Shown one piece after another: positions 56,742-64,000 of a stretch of DNA of 64,000 bases. The notes under the pieces are model-generated. The model was not told the DNA's origin and ran no database searches. It saw nothing but the letters and a program-made list of their open reading frames with translations. Location: positions 3,025-67,024 of the IMG/VR virus record IMGVR_UViG_3300013306_000017, one strand, 5' to 3'. Source of the DNA: a virus. The number at the start of each line of letters is the position of its first letter. Position 1 is the stretch's first letter. A program made the translations under genes and the position numbers.

Positions 56742-56877
56742 TTTGTTTTAAGTAAGCCCTGGAGTTGAAAGTTAAGGCCCGGTTGTTAACGGCGTCTGCC
56801 GCCAGCGCCCAAGTCCATAGGGAACGTCATTACCGGGAACGTTTCACCACTGAGCAGGTGTCGCTATTCCAATCTGT

Positions 56878-57030
56878 TAAAGCGCGGGCGAATCTGCGTG
56901 AGACTCCTTAAAGATTCAGAGACTCCAGATATCGCCCGCGCATCGTGGCTACTGTCCTCACCCCAGCAACCACTTGATGGACACGCGGGAAGCCCTCGTG
57001 CACTTCCTTGCTATCAATGGACACGTATCC
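56878..57030 (-). ncRNA. Structured RNA element (copy 2 of duplicated hairpin)
   Basis: 56945-56981 is 34/37 identical to 33028-33064; followed by a long GCGCGGGCGA/UCGCCCGCGC hairpin and UUUAA. Confidence 0.5.
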
Positions 57031-57043
57031 AAGCTTGAAAGAA

Positions 57044-58288
57044 CTACTTCGCGCCTTTGCTCTTGCGGCCTTTAAGGAATTCGATAAAGGCCTGCGCTGC
57101 GTCTTTGTTCAGGTCGTCGAAATCGACCTTCAGATATTTCTTGAGTTCGGCACTGAGCTTCACACCAATGCGCTCACATTCGTCTGTCATCAACGTGTGT
57201 TGATCCAGCGAAGCTTTATCAGCCAGGCTTGTGCATCGGAGGTTTGCCGGGAAGGTTACGCCGTCAAGAACAATCGGCTCGCTTGGTTCGAGGGGAAGTG
57301 ACGGAGTAGCGCCCGCGCCCGCCGGCGCCGATGCTGAGTCATCAGCTGCAGGTGTCGCATTAGCCGAAGTCTCAGAACTAGCGGCGGTGTTACCCTGCTG
57401 GTTTTTCAATTGCTCAGCCAGCCGTTCGGTTTTGCTTTGACCGCCGTTCGCTCCGTTAGTGCCACCGTTTGCATCCCCATTGGTCTTTGCCTCTTCAGCG
57501 ACATATTCAGACCACTTGCTGTTACCGTCGGAGATGGACTTATAGATTCCGCGCAAATCCGCTATCTCAGCCGGACTTGATTGGCCGATCGGATGGCCCA
57601 GGTACACGGCCAACATCTCAGGCGTGATATTCAGTTCCGAGAAAGCAAGAATGATTTTCTTCCGCGCTTCATCCGGATCTTTTGCCGCAGTTGACCTCAG
57701 GGTTTCGCGGCATTTCTCAACCGCATCTTCAACGAGGTCTTTTGGCAGCAACTGAAGCACGCAGTTGCGAATGAGAATGGCGCCGCGGCGATTGGTGAGC
57801 TCTCGCAGGTCCCGCTCATCCGGGGTAATCCAGCCCTTGCCTTTGCGGTAAATAAGCTTCTGAAAGTCATCTTCCGCAGTGACCTTCGTGTTAGTTTCGA
57901 CGTCCCAAGCCCAACCCTGAATTTGCCGCGATTGCTGGTCATCACGGAGGATAGTCAGGCCGTAACGAATGTTGGTCCATACGCGCGCGCCTTCCCTGGC
58001 GAGAAACACGCTCGGGCCTTTGACGGTGGTACCGCCGCGCGGGAATGCGTACTCAGCGTCCTCAGCAAATGACGAACGCCCGCAGGCCTTCATCAGCTTC
58101 TGAAAGGCCAAATCCTCATCACGAGGAAACCGTTTGGCGATGATGATTGCGCTCTGAATCTCATATTGTTTTTCAGCGGCGGCCGCCGAGGGCGCGAGTT
58201 CCGTGGAAAACTCTCGCGTAGTGGAAAGCGCTGTATCTTCAACTGAATGGGTTGCTGCCGATTGCGGCAGGTTTCTTTCCTCGGTCAT
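57044..58288 (-). CDS. Putative ssDNA-annealing/recombination partner of YqaJ
   Basis: AKRFPRD...Y..PRGG...GPS...A motif; coupled to the exonuclease gene; function inferred from context. Confidence 0.6.
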   Translation of the reverse strand: MTEERNLPQSAATHSVEDTALSTTREFSTELAPSAAAAEKQYEIQSAIIIAKRFPRDEDLAFQKLMKACGRSSFAEDAEYAFPRGGTTVKGPSVFLAREGARVWTNIRYGLTILRDDQQSRQIQGWAWDVETNTKVTAEDDFQKLIYRKGKGWITPDERDLRELTNRRGAILIRNCVLQLLPKDLVEDAVEKCRETLRSTAAKDPDEARKKIILAFSELNITPEMLAVYLGHPIGQSSPAEIADLRGIYKSISDGNSKWSEYVAEEAKTNGDANGGTNGANGGQSKTERLAEQLKNQQGNTAASSETSANATPAADDSASAPAGAGATPSLPLEPSEPIVLDGVTFPANLRCTSLADKASLDQHTLMTDECERIGVKLSAELKKYLKVDFDDLNKDAAQAFIEFLKGRKSKGAK

Positions 58289-59160
58289 TACTTCGCACCG
58301 CCTTTCTGGATGCGCGGCACACGGAACGAACATGGCGCCACCGTGTAACCCGCTCGGTTTTGTTCCAAATAAGTGAAGAGACCCTTTGAGAATTGCGCTG
58401 AGTCGGCGTCATCCATTTGAGACAGCAACATCTCCAGCGCCCTCTTCTCAGTTTTCTCCGCTGCCAGTCGGGCTTGCCGCGCGTCATCCCAATCAATAAC
58501 GAGTTCATCCGCAACGGTGACCGTCTTGGTCGGCTGCCGTCGTGCACGCTTGAGCGTTTCCAGCGACGGCTTGAAAACATCAGGTGGGGTATCAGTGAGA
58601 ACGTGACTCTTCCAGAATTGATCACCGATGCGGATGGCGTTCTCCATCAGTTCGTCGTTGCGACGAATCTGATAAATGCGGACTTCAAGGTGACGGAAAC
58701 CGGGGAGCAAGACAGGCACCCAGGCAATCCGGCATTCGCGGCCGGTTGCGTGACTCACAACATACATTTGCTCGTGAACCTGAATCAGAACCCGCTCTGG
58801 AATCTCGTCGGTTCCGGTCGGTCCCCAATCCTCATCTTTGCCAGTTGTTTTGGCTTCAACGATTTCAGGGGATGTGCCATCGATCAACCCGTCGAGGTTT
58901 GAGCAAAAGATATCGTTGGTCAGAAAGATGTCGCGTTTGAGTTGTACGCCGTGCTCGGCTTCGAAGTAGTCAAGCACTGAGGTCTCAAAAATATGGCCGA
59001 CCTTCTGTACGCCGGATTCCTTGCTGTCTTTGACGAGCCGGCCGGTCTTTTCCATCCAGACATCGCCGGCGGTGCGGAAGCTATCCAAGCCAAGTATTGG
59101 AGGGAGATCAGACGAGCCGAGATACTTCTTTCTCGCCTCGCGCTGTGCGTTTGTAAGCAT
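58288..59160 (-). CDS. YqaJ-like viral exonuclease
   Basis: R...LGSSD...ILG...W.EKTG, G...E, NLDG, EAKT, QV..QM.V. Confidence 0.92.
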   Translation of the reverse strand: MLTNAQREARKKYLGSSDLPPILGLDSFRTAGDVWMEKTGRLVKDSKESGVQKVGHIFETSVLDYFEAEHGVQLKRDIFLTNDIFCSNLDGLIDGTSPEIVEAKTTGKDEDWGPTGTDEIPERVLIQVHEQMYVVSHATGRECRIAWVPVLLPGFRHLEVRIYQIRRNDELMENAIRIGDQFWKSHVLTDTPPDVFKPSLETLKRARRQPTKTVTVADELVIDWDDARQARLAAEKTEKRALEMLLSQMDDADSAQFSKGLFTYLEQNRAGYTVAPCSFRVPRIQKGGAK

Positions 59161-59187
59161 GATGCGTTTCCTTTCGTCGTTTCGTTT

Positions 59188-59289
59188 CTACGTCAATGCG
59201 GAGGTAGCGCCCCGCAAACCAAACTCGATGCTGAAACGTGATGAAGGGTCTTGTGCCGATTGGGTTATTCGTGGTAGAAACCTCGACAT
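59188..59289 (-). CDS. 33-aa leader ORF (uncertain)
   Basis: MSRFLPRITQSAQDPSSRFSIEFGLRGATSALT with GAAGGA SD. Confidence 0.35.
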   Translation of the reverse strand: MSRFLPRITQSAQDPSSRFSIEFGLRGATSALT

Positions 59290-59505
59290 CGAGAATCCTT
59301 CTCGTCGTTTCAGACCGGCCCAGTATTCCTCGTAGCGGAGGTGGGCCGGTTTTGCTTTACGCTCAACCGAAAATCACTCTTAGAATCGCGTTCAGAATTC
59401 GCTTTAATCCTTTGGGCTTCGTGCAGTCCCAACAATCACAGTCAAACAGTCCATTTGTGGGACGGAGAAGGGAGGTTGATATTTGAATGTGGTTCGGTGA
59501 TTGGA

Positions 59506-59982
59506 TCATCGCTTGAACTCCGCAAGGTTCGAACTGTTTTGCTGGGACTGCAGGCCGTGAATGAATCGGTCCAGCGTTTCCCGCGCCTCAACGGCTTCCT
59601 TCATCTGCTGCGCCGCGGGAAGATCCCTCAAGCGGGCGTCCATGAACTCACCAAACTCTCTCGCCACGTCGCCAGCGACCGCGCATAGCTTCCGGCCAGA
59701 TAGACTCGGTTCGCCCAGCCAGCCGACAAACATTGAGTTGAGGTAAGCCTGCAGGCGCCGCCCAGCGTCGGCGTTCGCTCCGCACAAGGCCCACGCTTCC
59801 CTTAACCCTTCGGCTAAGTTCAGCTTTCGCTCACTGTTCGGATCAAGACGGTGGGAAATATCAGCGGGATTGACGCCCAGAATGTTGGCCATCTTTACCT
59901 GGTCGCCGTGAGCGAGAAGGTCTCGCAAAAGACACTTAATCGCTGAACTGTCGGGTGCTAACTGCATTAGGGGTTCCGTCAT
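59506..59982 (-). CDS. CII-like phage regulatory protein
   Basis: KMANILGVNPADISHRLDP HTH; downstream of cro. Confidence 0.6.
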   Translation of the reverse strand: MTEPLMQLAPDSSAIKCLLRDLLAHGDQVKMANILGVNPADISHRLDPNSERKLNLAEGLREAWALCGANADAGRRLQAYLNSMFVGWLGEPSLSGRKLCAVAGDVAREFGEFMDARLRDLPAAQQMKEAVEARETLDRFIHGLQSQQNSSNLAEFKR

Positions 59983-60072
59983 TTCCGCACGAATGAGACT
60001 CAGTCAATTTTCAGTGAAAGCGATACTTGAATCCTTGCGTCTACCTCATTAAGGTGTGCCCCTGAGAGTGAA

Positions 60073-60384
60073 TTAAGCAGCCGCCGCAACCCGGCTCGCG
60101 CGACCTCGAACTCGCGACTTCGGACTCTCCCAATTCGGCTCACGACCAATGCGGTGAACAGCAACTCCCAGATATCGCGCCAACAAGCGCCGCTCACGCA
60201 TATACACATAAGGTCCGCGTCGATTGACTATCCGAGAAAGCACTGCCGAGGTCGTATTCCAGCGCGCCGCCAACGTGGCAATGGTCTTGTTTTTATCGAG
60301 CAGGAGAATCTTGATCTCAGTGGGCGCTAACGGCGCATCTCCGGCCATGAAGGCATGCTTGTCGCCGTTGTCCGAAAGTGGCAT
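60073..60384 (-). CDS. Cro-like HTH regulator
   Basis: TIATLAARWNTTSAVLSRIVN HTH; divergent from the repressor; AAAGGA SD. Confidence 0.75.
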   Translation of the reverse strand: MPLSDNGDKHAFMAGDAPLAPTEIKILLLDKNKTIATLAARWNTTSAVLSRIVNRRGPYVYMRERRLLARYLGVAVHRIGREPNWESPKSRVRGRASRVAAAA

Positions 60385-60425
60385 AGTGAATCCTTTGCGT
60401 GTTCAGCCGTTGCGAGTCACCTATA

Positions 60426-60455
60426 AGCATATGGTACGTGACGTACCAATGTCAA
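60426..60455 (-). promoter_or_regulatory. Early promoter for the cro operon with operator in its spacer
   Basis: TTGACA-N18-TATGCT; spacer holds the palindrome TGGTACGT-G-ACGTACCA (60432-60448). Confidence 0.85.
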
Positions 60456-61300
60456 GCGAAAAACTTTCTCCCGCCAAACGCGGTCCTAAACCTAAGGATT
60501 TGCAGCGCGACACAGTCGGCTGGCGAATCCGGCGCGCCCGAGAGAAGGCCGACCTGAGCATTCGGCAGTTAGGGGAAAAGGTCGGGGTTAGTCACGCCTC
60601 AATCACACGCACTGAAACCGGAGTAACCAAACCAGACAAAACGACGCTGATTCGACTCGCCCAGGAACTGCATGATGATTTCGGGCTTGTTTGGCTCCGG
60701 TCGTACGCGAAGTCGGCAGGCGAACTCGAGGAAGGTGAGGCTCCGGTTTACTTCGGAGACGAGGAACATCGGATTATTAACCTGCTGGCTAAACAGGAAA
60801 GCAGGACATTTTCAGAGCAGGCGCGTGAGCTCGCGCTTGAAGCGCTGATGAATCGCGGTCTGATTACCAGTCGAGTTGATACAAATGTCGTATTTCTGGG
60901 GGACAGGGTTCCAAAGATGGTGAGCATGGATTTGTTAGGGGCAATTGCAGCTGGACATCCGATCGAGGCTGTCCCGCGGAATGAAAAAGTTGACGTTCCG
61001 GATACTTTTGTTCGGCCGGGTCGCAATCAGTTTGTTCTCCGCGCTCAAGGGGATAGCATGATAGACGAAGGAATTCATGACGGATCCCTGATAGTCTGTG
61101 ATGCCACGAACACGGCAAAGAACGGTGACATGGTCGTAGCCCTCATCGATGGCGAGCAGGCTACGGTCAAGAAGTTCTACAAAGAGAAAACGCGAATCAG
61201 GCTTCAGCCGGCGAATAAACTATTGAAAGCGATTTACGTGCAACCAGAGAGGCTGCAGATTCAAGGGGTGGTTGTTGGAATCATTAGACACCGGCCATAA
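60449..61300 (+). CDS. cI: CI/LexA-like repressor (HTH plus S24 peptidase)
   Basis: HTH_3 domain; GAIAAG cleavage site; GDSM Ser; TVKK Lys. Start 60449 or 60431, no SD. Confidence 0.93.
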   Translation: MSSEKLSPAKRGPKPKDLQRDTVGWRIRRAREKADLSIRQLGEKVGVSHASITRTETGVTKPDKTTLIRLAQELHDDFGLVWLRSYAKSAGELEEGEAPVYFGDEEHRIINLLAKQESRTFSEQARELALEALMNRGLITSRVDTNVVFLGDRVPKMVSMDLLGAIAAGHPIEAVPRNEKVDVPDTFVRPGRNQFVLRAQGDSMIDEGIHDGSLIVCDATNTAKNGDMVVALIDGEQATVKKFYKEKTRIRLQPANKLLKAIYVQPERLQIQGVVVGIIRHRP

Positions 61301-61302
61301 CT

Positions 61303-61761
61303 ATGCGTAATTCGGCGCTCGCATCTTTCGTCTTGCTCTTAATCGCTTCGGTCGTGTTGGGAGTGCCCGCGGCTCAAAGCAGTGAGCGAGTGGCTAACTA
61401 TTCGACCGGCCGTTATGGAACCTCCGCCTATGAACACTTTTCGTTTTGGGTAAAGACGGATGGGCGCTTAGAAATCTCATATAGTTATGGCAAGTCGGAT
61501 AAGGAATTGGCGGTTGATTACGGCCAGAAGGAAACGTGTCAGGGTCGGCCATGTTTCACCGTCCGGTTTTCCAATGGCCGCACATTTCATATTAGACCTG
61601 CTGGATTGAATCTCAAGATCACTGACGACCAAGGGCACTATTCCAAACTGTTCAGATGGGAATACGAGGGGCCGAGGGACGGGAGGGGTACGTTTTGCCA
61701 GGTGTGCGCCGCAGACGAAAAAGAGGCAATGACGATAGTCAAGAACCACTTCTTGAGATAA
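61303..61761 (+). CDS. Secreted protein (moron)
   Basis: Signal peptide; FRWEYEGP..GRGTFC..C. Confidence 0.75.
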   Translation: MRNSALASFVLLLIASVVLGVPAAQSSERVANYSTGRYGTSAYEHFSFWVKTDGRLEISYSYGKSDKELAVDYGQKETCQGRPCFTVRFSNGRTFHIRPAGLNLKITDDQGHYSKLFRWEYEGPRDGRGTFCQVCAADEKEAMTIVKNHFLR

Positions 61762-61799
61762 GCGCTGACACTCCAACGCGGTCTCCCACTCCCCCTCAG

Positions 61800-62243
61800 A
61801 TGAAGTTGCTTCACGTTCTGGCGGCCGGTGGGCGTTTGTTCTTCACTTCATGGCCTGCGCCCTGGCCCACTATCATTGATGCGCGCGAATGCGAAATCCA
61901 TTTTCACCCAACCACCGCCCGAAAGATAGTGGAAGCTGGCTGGGTAAAGATGATTGCACTGACGCATGACCCTCGCTATCAAGGAGGAAAATTTGACAGC
62001 GAGTACACGATTTCAGCGACCGGATTAGTCGCTGTAAAAGAACTCTGTAAGCATGATCACTGGCAGTATGATCGCCTCACAGTACTGTTTGAAGGGAAAT
62101 TGGTGTGTATGAAATGCTGGCGGGCCCTGCGTTGCGCTTCCCGGCAACCGACCGCACACGAGGCCAACGGCTGGCATGATAAGTATGGGCCAATCTGTAA
62201 CGCCTGTTGGCGTTTCCTCTATAGTCGGCAACAAAAGAAATAG
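61800..62243 (+). CDS. Hypothetical Zn-binding protein
   Basis: CMKC and CNAC; likely ATG 61800. Confidence 0.55.
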   Translation: MKLLHVLAAGGRLFFTSWPAPWPTIIDARECEIHFHPTTARKIVEAGWVKMIALTHDPRYQGGKFDSEYTISATGLVAVKELCKHDHWQYDRLTVLFEGKLVCMKCWRALRCASRQPTAHEANGWHDKYGPICNACWRFLYSRQQKK

Positions 62244-62257
62244 CGGAGATTGACACA

Positions 62258-62710
62258 ATGAGAACTCTGTTGAAGTTGGTTGTTATCATTGCGATTACCT
62301 CAGGCTCGTCATTGGCTCAATCCACATCCAACGATGCCGGCGCCACGGTGTTCGTCTATATGCCTCATCACTCCGCAACTACCTGGCGGTTCTCCGGCAA
62401 ATTCTATGTGGACGGGGCACGAGTCGCTGAAATTAGTAAGAATCGGTATTTCGTCCTTCATCTTAAGCCTGGCACACATGCCTTCTATGTCCGAGATAAG
62501 AAACTGGGCGGTATCGAGCTCGCGATGGTGTCTGGCCAAACTTACTATTTGAAAGTGAACGTCGATGAAGGTGGCCTGAGGGTTAAGTTCCGTGGGGTTT
62601 CTGTTGTCCCTGAAGCTGAAGGCGCATTCGCCATAAAACAGATCCAACCGATAAAGATAGGCGACGTTTACGATAAAGCACTTGTGGACCTGCAAACCGT
62701 GTCCAGATAG
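62258..62710 (+). CDS. DUF2846-like secreted protein
   Basis: Signal peptide; ATV.VY, YVDG, YF...L.PG.H, GQTYY. Confidence 0.8.
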   Translation: MRTLLKLVVIIAITSGSSLAQSTSNDAGATVFVYMPHHSATTWRFSGKFYVDGARVAEISKNRYFVLHLKPGTHAFYVRDKKLGGIELAMVSGQTYYLKVNVDEGGLRVKFRGVSVVPEAEGAFAIKQIQPIKIGDVYDKALVDLQTVSR

Positions 62711-62791
62711 CCTCGATACCCAGGCTCCCGTTCTAATTACCCTCCTAAAATCTCAGTATTTTCGCAGCAAAACTTAATTTCATTTTCCCTG

Positions 62792-62821
62792 TTGACAATG
62801 GTACGTGACGTACCATATACT
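62792..62821 (+). promoter_or_regulatory. Early + strand promoter with identical operator
   Basis: TTGACA-N18-TATACT; TGGTACGTGACGTACCA at 62799-62815. Confidence 0.88.
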
Positions 62822-62855
62822 CTGGCTGACTCGCAAAAGCGGAACAGTCAAGAGA

Positions 62856-63170
62856 ATGGTCGAACTTACCAACATCGAAGAACGCGCTCCGAAGGCCTTC
62901 AAAAAGGCCCGGACCGAGCGCCCTTGGGTTAGTCGGCTCTCGGTGGACACCTTCCGCGTTATTCCTCGCACCCTGAAGGACGGCAGCCGCGAACACGGCA
63001 AATACATTGTCACCTTTGCACTGGTTGACGGAGACCTGTTTGCCGAATGTGTTGAGTTGAGAACAGGTGAACAGTGCCCGGCGCACAGGTTTGGGCGGGT
63101 CTGTTATCACATCGGCGCGGCCATCATCCACGGCGACCAACTCGCCCGCCGTGAGCAAATCGCAGCTTAG
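62856..63170 (+). CDS. SWIM-like zinc-finger protein
   Basis: Y.V...C.......CPA......CYH..AA; ATG 62856. Confidence 0.7.
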   Translation: MVELTNIEERAPKAFKKARTERPWVSRLSVDTFRVIPRTLKDGSREHGKYIVTFALVDGDLFAECVELRTGEQCPAHRFGRVCYHIGAAIIHGDQLARREQIAA

Positions 63171-63178
63171 GAGAATTC

Positions 63179-63367
63179 ATGTCACGACAAGATCAATTGG
63201 ATATCGCTGACTCCATCGACGAACTGGAGATTGGTCAATGCGTCCTCTTTACAAACGATGTCTGCGTTGAGCGCGAGAGCCCGACACGTTTTGTAGTGGA
63301 CGGGGAAACACTTTGCTTCATTGAAGCCTGTCAACGTGCAGGCGCATTGCCGCTGCTGAACGCCTAA
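63179..63367 (+). CDS. Hypothetical protein
   Basis: AGGAG SD; 62 aa. Confidence 0.65.
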   Translation: MSRQDQLDIADSIDELEIGQCVLFTNDVCVERESPTRFVVDGETLCFIEACQRAGALPLLNA

Positions 63368-63413
63368 GAGATTCCGGCTGAAATTATTTCCGCTCACCCT
63401 TAAGGAGAAAACA

Positions 63414-64000
63414 ATGTCTGAAACGTCAAGAACTCCAGTTCACCAATGGACCAACGCCGATGGTGAGGTCCTCATTCTTCGTTTTTGTGATCAGCAAGGT
63501 CAATCATTTGGCGGCGTTCATGCGGGCGCGGCGCGCAAGCCTTTCCAGTATCCGCTCGTCATAGGCGAGAAGGTTACTGAACCGAACTGGAATCCCAATT
63601 CAGTCTGTGGCGGTGGCTTGCATGGTTGGGCGTGGGGCATTGGACTTGGCGAGGGTAAAGAGCCGGACTGGAATGCTGTTTGGCAGGTGTATGGAGCGCA
63701 GCCGAAAGACATCGTTGGAAATCTTGAAGAGAAAATCAAATGCAAATTCCGCGAAGCAACACTTCGGCACTCCGGTGATTGGAATTCTGCGTTGATGTTC
63801 ATTTTGGACGGCCAGAAGAAATGGGCCGAGCATTTTTCAGAAGGCCTGGGCCATGCCACCGGAGACAGGTCGGCGTCATCAGCCACCGGATACAGTTCGG
63901 CGTCATCAGCCACCGGATACAGTTCGGCGTCATCAGCCACCGGAGACAGTTCGGCGTCATCAGCCACCGGAGACAGGTCGGCGTCATCAGCCACCGGATA
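63414..64000 (+). CDS. Phage protein with CGGGLHGW motif and 9-aa repeats, 3'-truncated (not in ORF track)
   Basis: AAGGAG SD, ATG 63414, open to the window end; ATG(D/Y)(R/S)SASS repeats. Confidence 0.85.
   Translation, partial: MSETSRTPVHQWTNADGEVLILRFCDQQGQSFGGVHAGAARKPFQYPLVIGEKVTEPNWNPNSVCGGGLHGWAWGIGLGEGKEPDWNAVWQVYGAQPKDIVGNLEEKIKCKFREATLRHSGDWNSALMFILDGQKKWAEHFSEGLGHATGDRSASSATGYSSASSATGYSSASSATGDSSASSATGDRSASSATG
63855..64000 (+). repeat. 27-bp coding tandem repeat, 5 full units plus a partial
   Basis: GCCACCGGA(G/T)ACAG(G/T)TCGGCGTCATCA, contiguous and in frame. Confidence 0.95.

Larger units (their letters stand above)
1..64000. mobile_element. Temperate siphovirus-like phage genome (partial, excised/attP form)
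   Basis: Terminase, portal, protease, capsid, tail, lysis, integrase, cI/cro and replication genes; phage genes on both sides of the tRNA-derived att core; no host genes. Confidence 0.95.

Noticed and set aside
56815-56865. Fluoride riboswitch or hammerhead resemblance (UAAUGAC, GAAA)
   Set aside because: Required stems and the CUGANGA core are missing.
56896-56930. GGAGTCTC doublet as c4-like antisense loops against RBSs
   Set aside because: GAGTCTC is quasi-palindromic and the two copies pair with each other inside the hairpin.
4588-59746. Numerous + strand ORFs opposite the minus-strand genes (e.g. 16538..17416, 31968..32732)
   Set aside because: Antisense shadows of well-supported genes, with no recognisable motifs.
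63518-63994. Minus-strand ORF with ADDAELYPV repeats
   Set aside because: Shadow of the + strand gene starting at 63414, which has an SD and a conserved motif.
63855-64000. 27-bp repeats as a CRISPR array
   Set aside because: Units are contiguous with no spacers and are in frame within a CDS; no cas genes.
1-64000. Diversity-generating retroelement, retron, group I/II intron or IS element
   Set aside because: No reverse transcriptase, transposase or template/variable repeat pair seen; the A/G differences in the 37-nt duplicate are non-coding and go in both directions.

Overview
The whole window is a temperate siphovirus-like phage genome, apparently in its excised (attP-containing) form and cut at both ends. 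It contains no host housekeeping genes. The + strand carries early genes at 1-3791 (including a very large C5 methyltransferase) and 62856-64000, plus a cI-led repressor/moron block at 60449-62710. One long minus-strand block runs from cro (60384) through recombination/replication, methyltransferase, helicase and integrase genes, across attP (3' half of tRNA-Arg ACG, ~42930-42977), then through packaging, lysis, fibre, head and GTA-like tail-tip genes to 3793. Main observations: (1) a 37-nt hairpin element present twice (33028-33064 +, 56945-56981 -), where all three differences keep G-U/A-U pairing; the first copy looks like a free-standing sRNA whose loop is complementary to repeated AAGGAUUC sites in the cro transcript; (2) six copies of a late-promoter-like motif (AAAACTTAAA box, 9 bp, TGnTAnnnT); (3) a 2H phosphoesterase fused to the prohead protease; (4) a tail-tip protein with an inserted DUF4214-like domain and a C-terminal Hint domain; (5) a C5 methyltransferase with about 12 tandem TRD-like repeats. 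All family calls come from reading motifs by eye, with no database searches. An Acidobacteriota host is only a weak guess.
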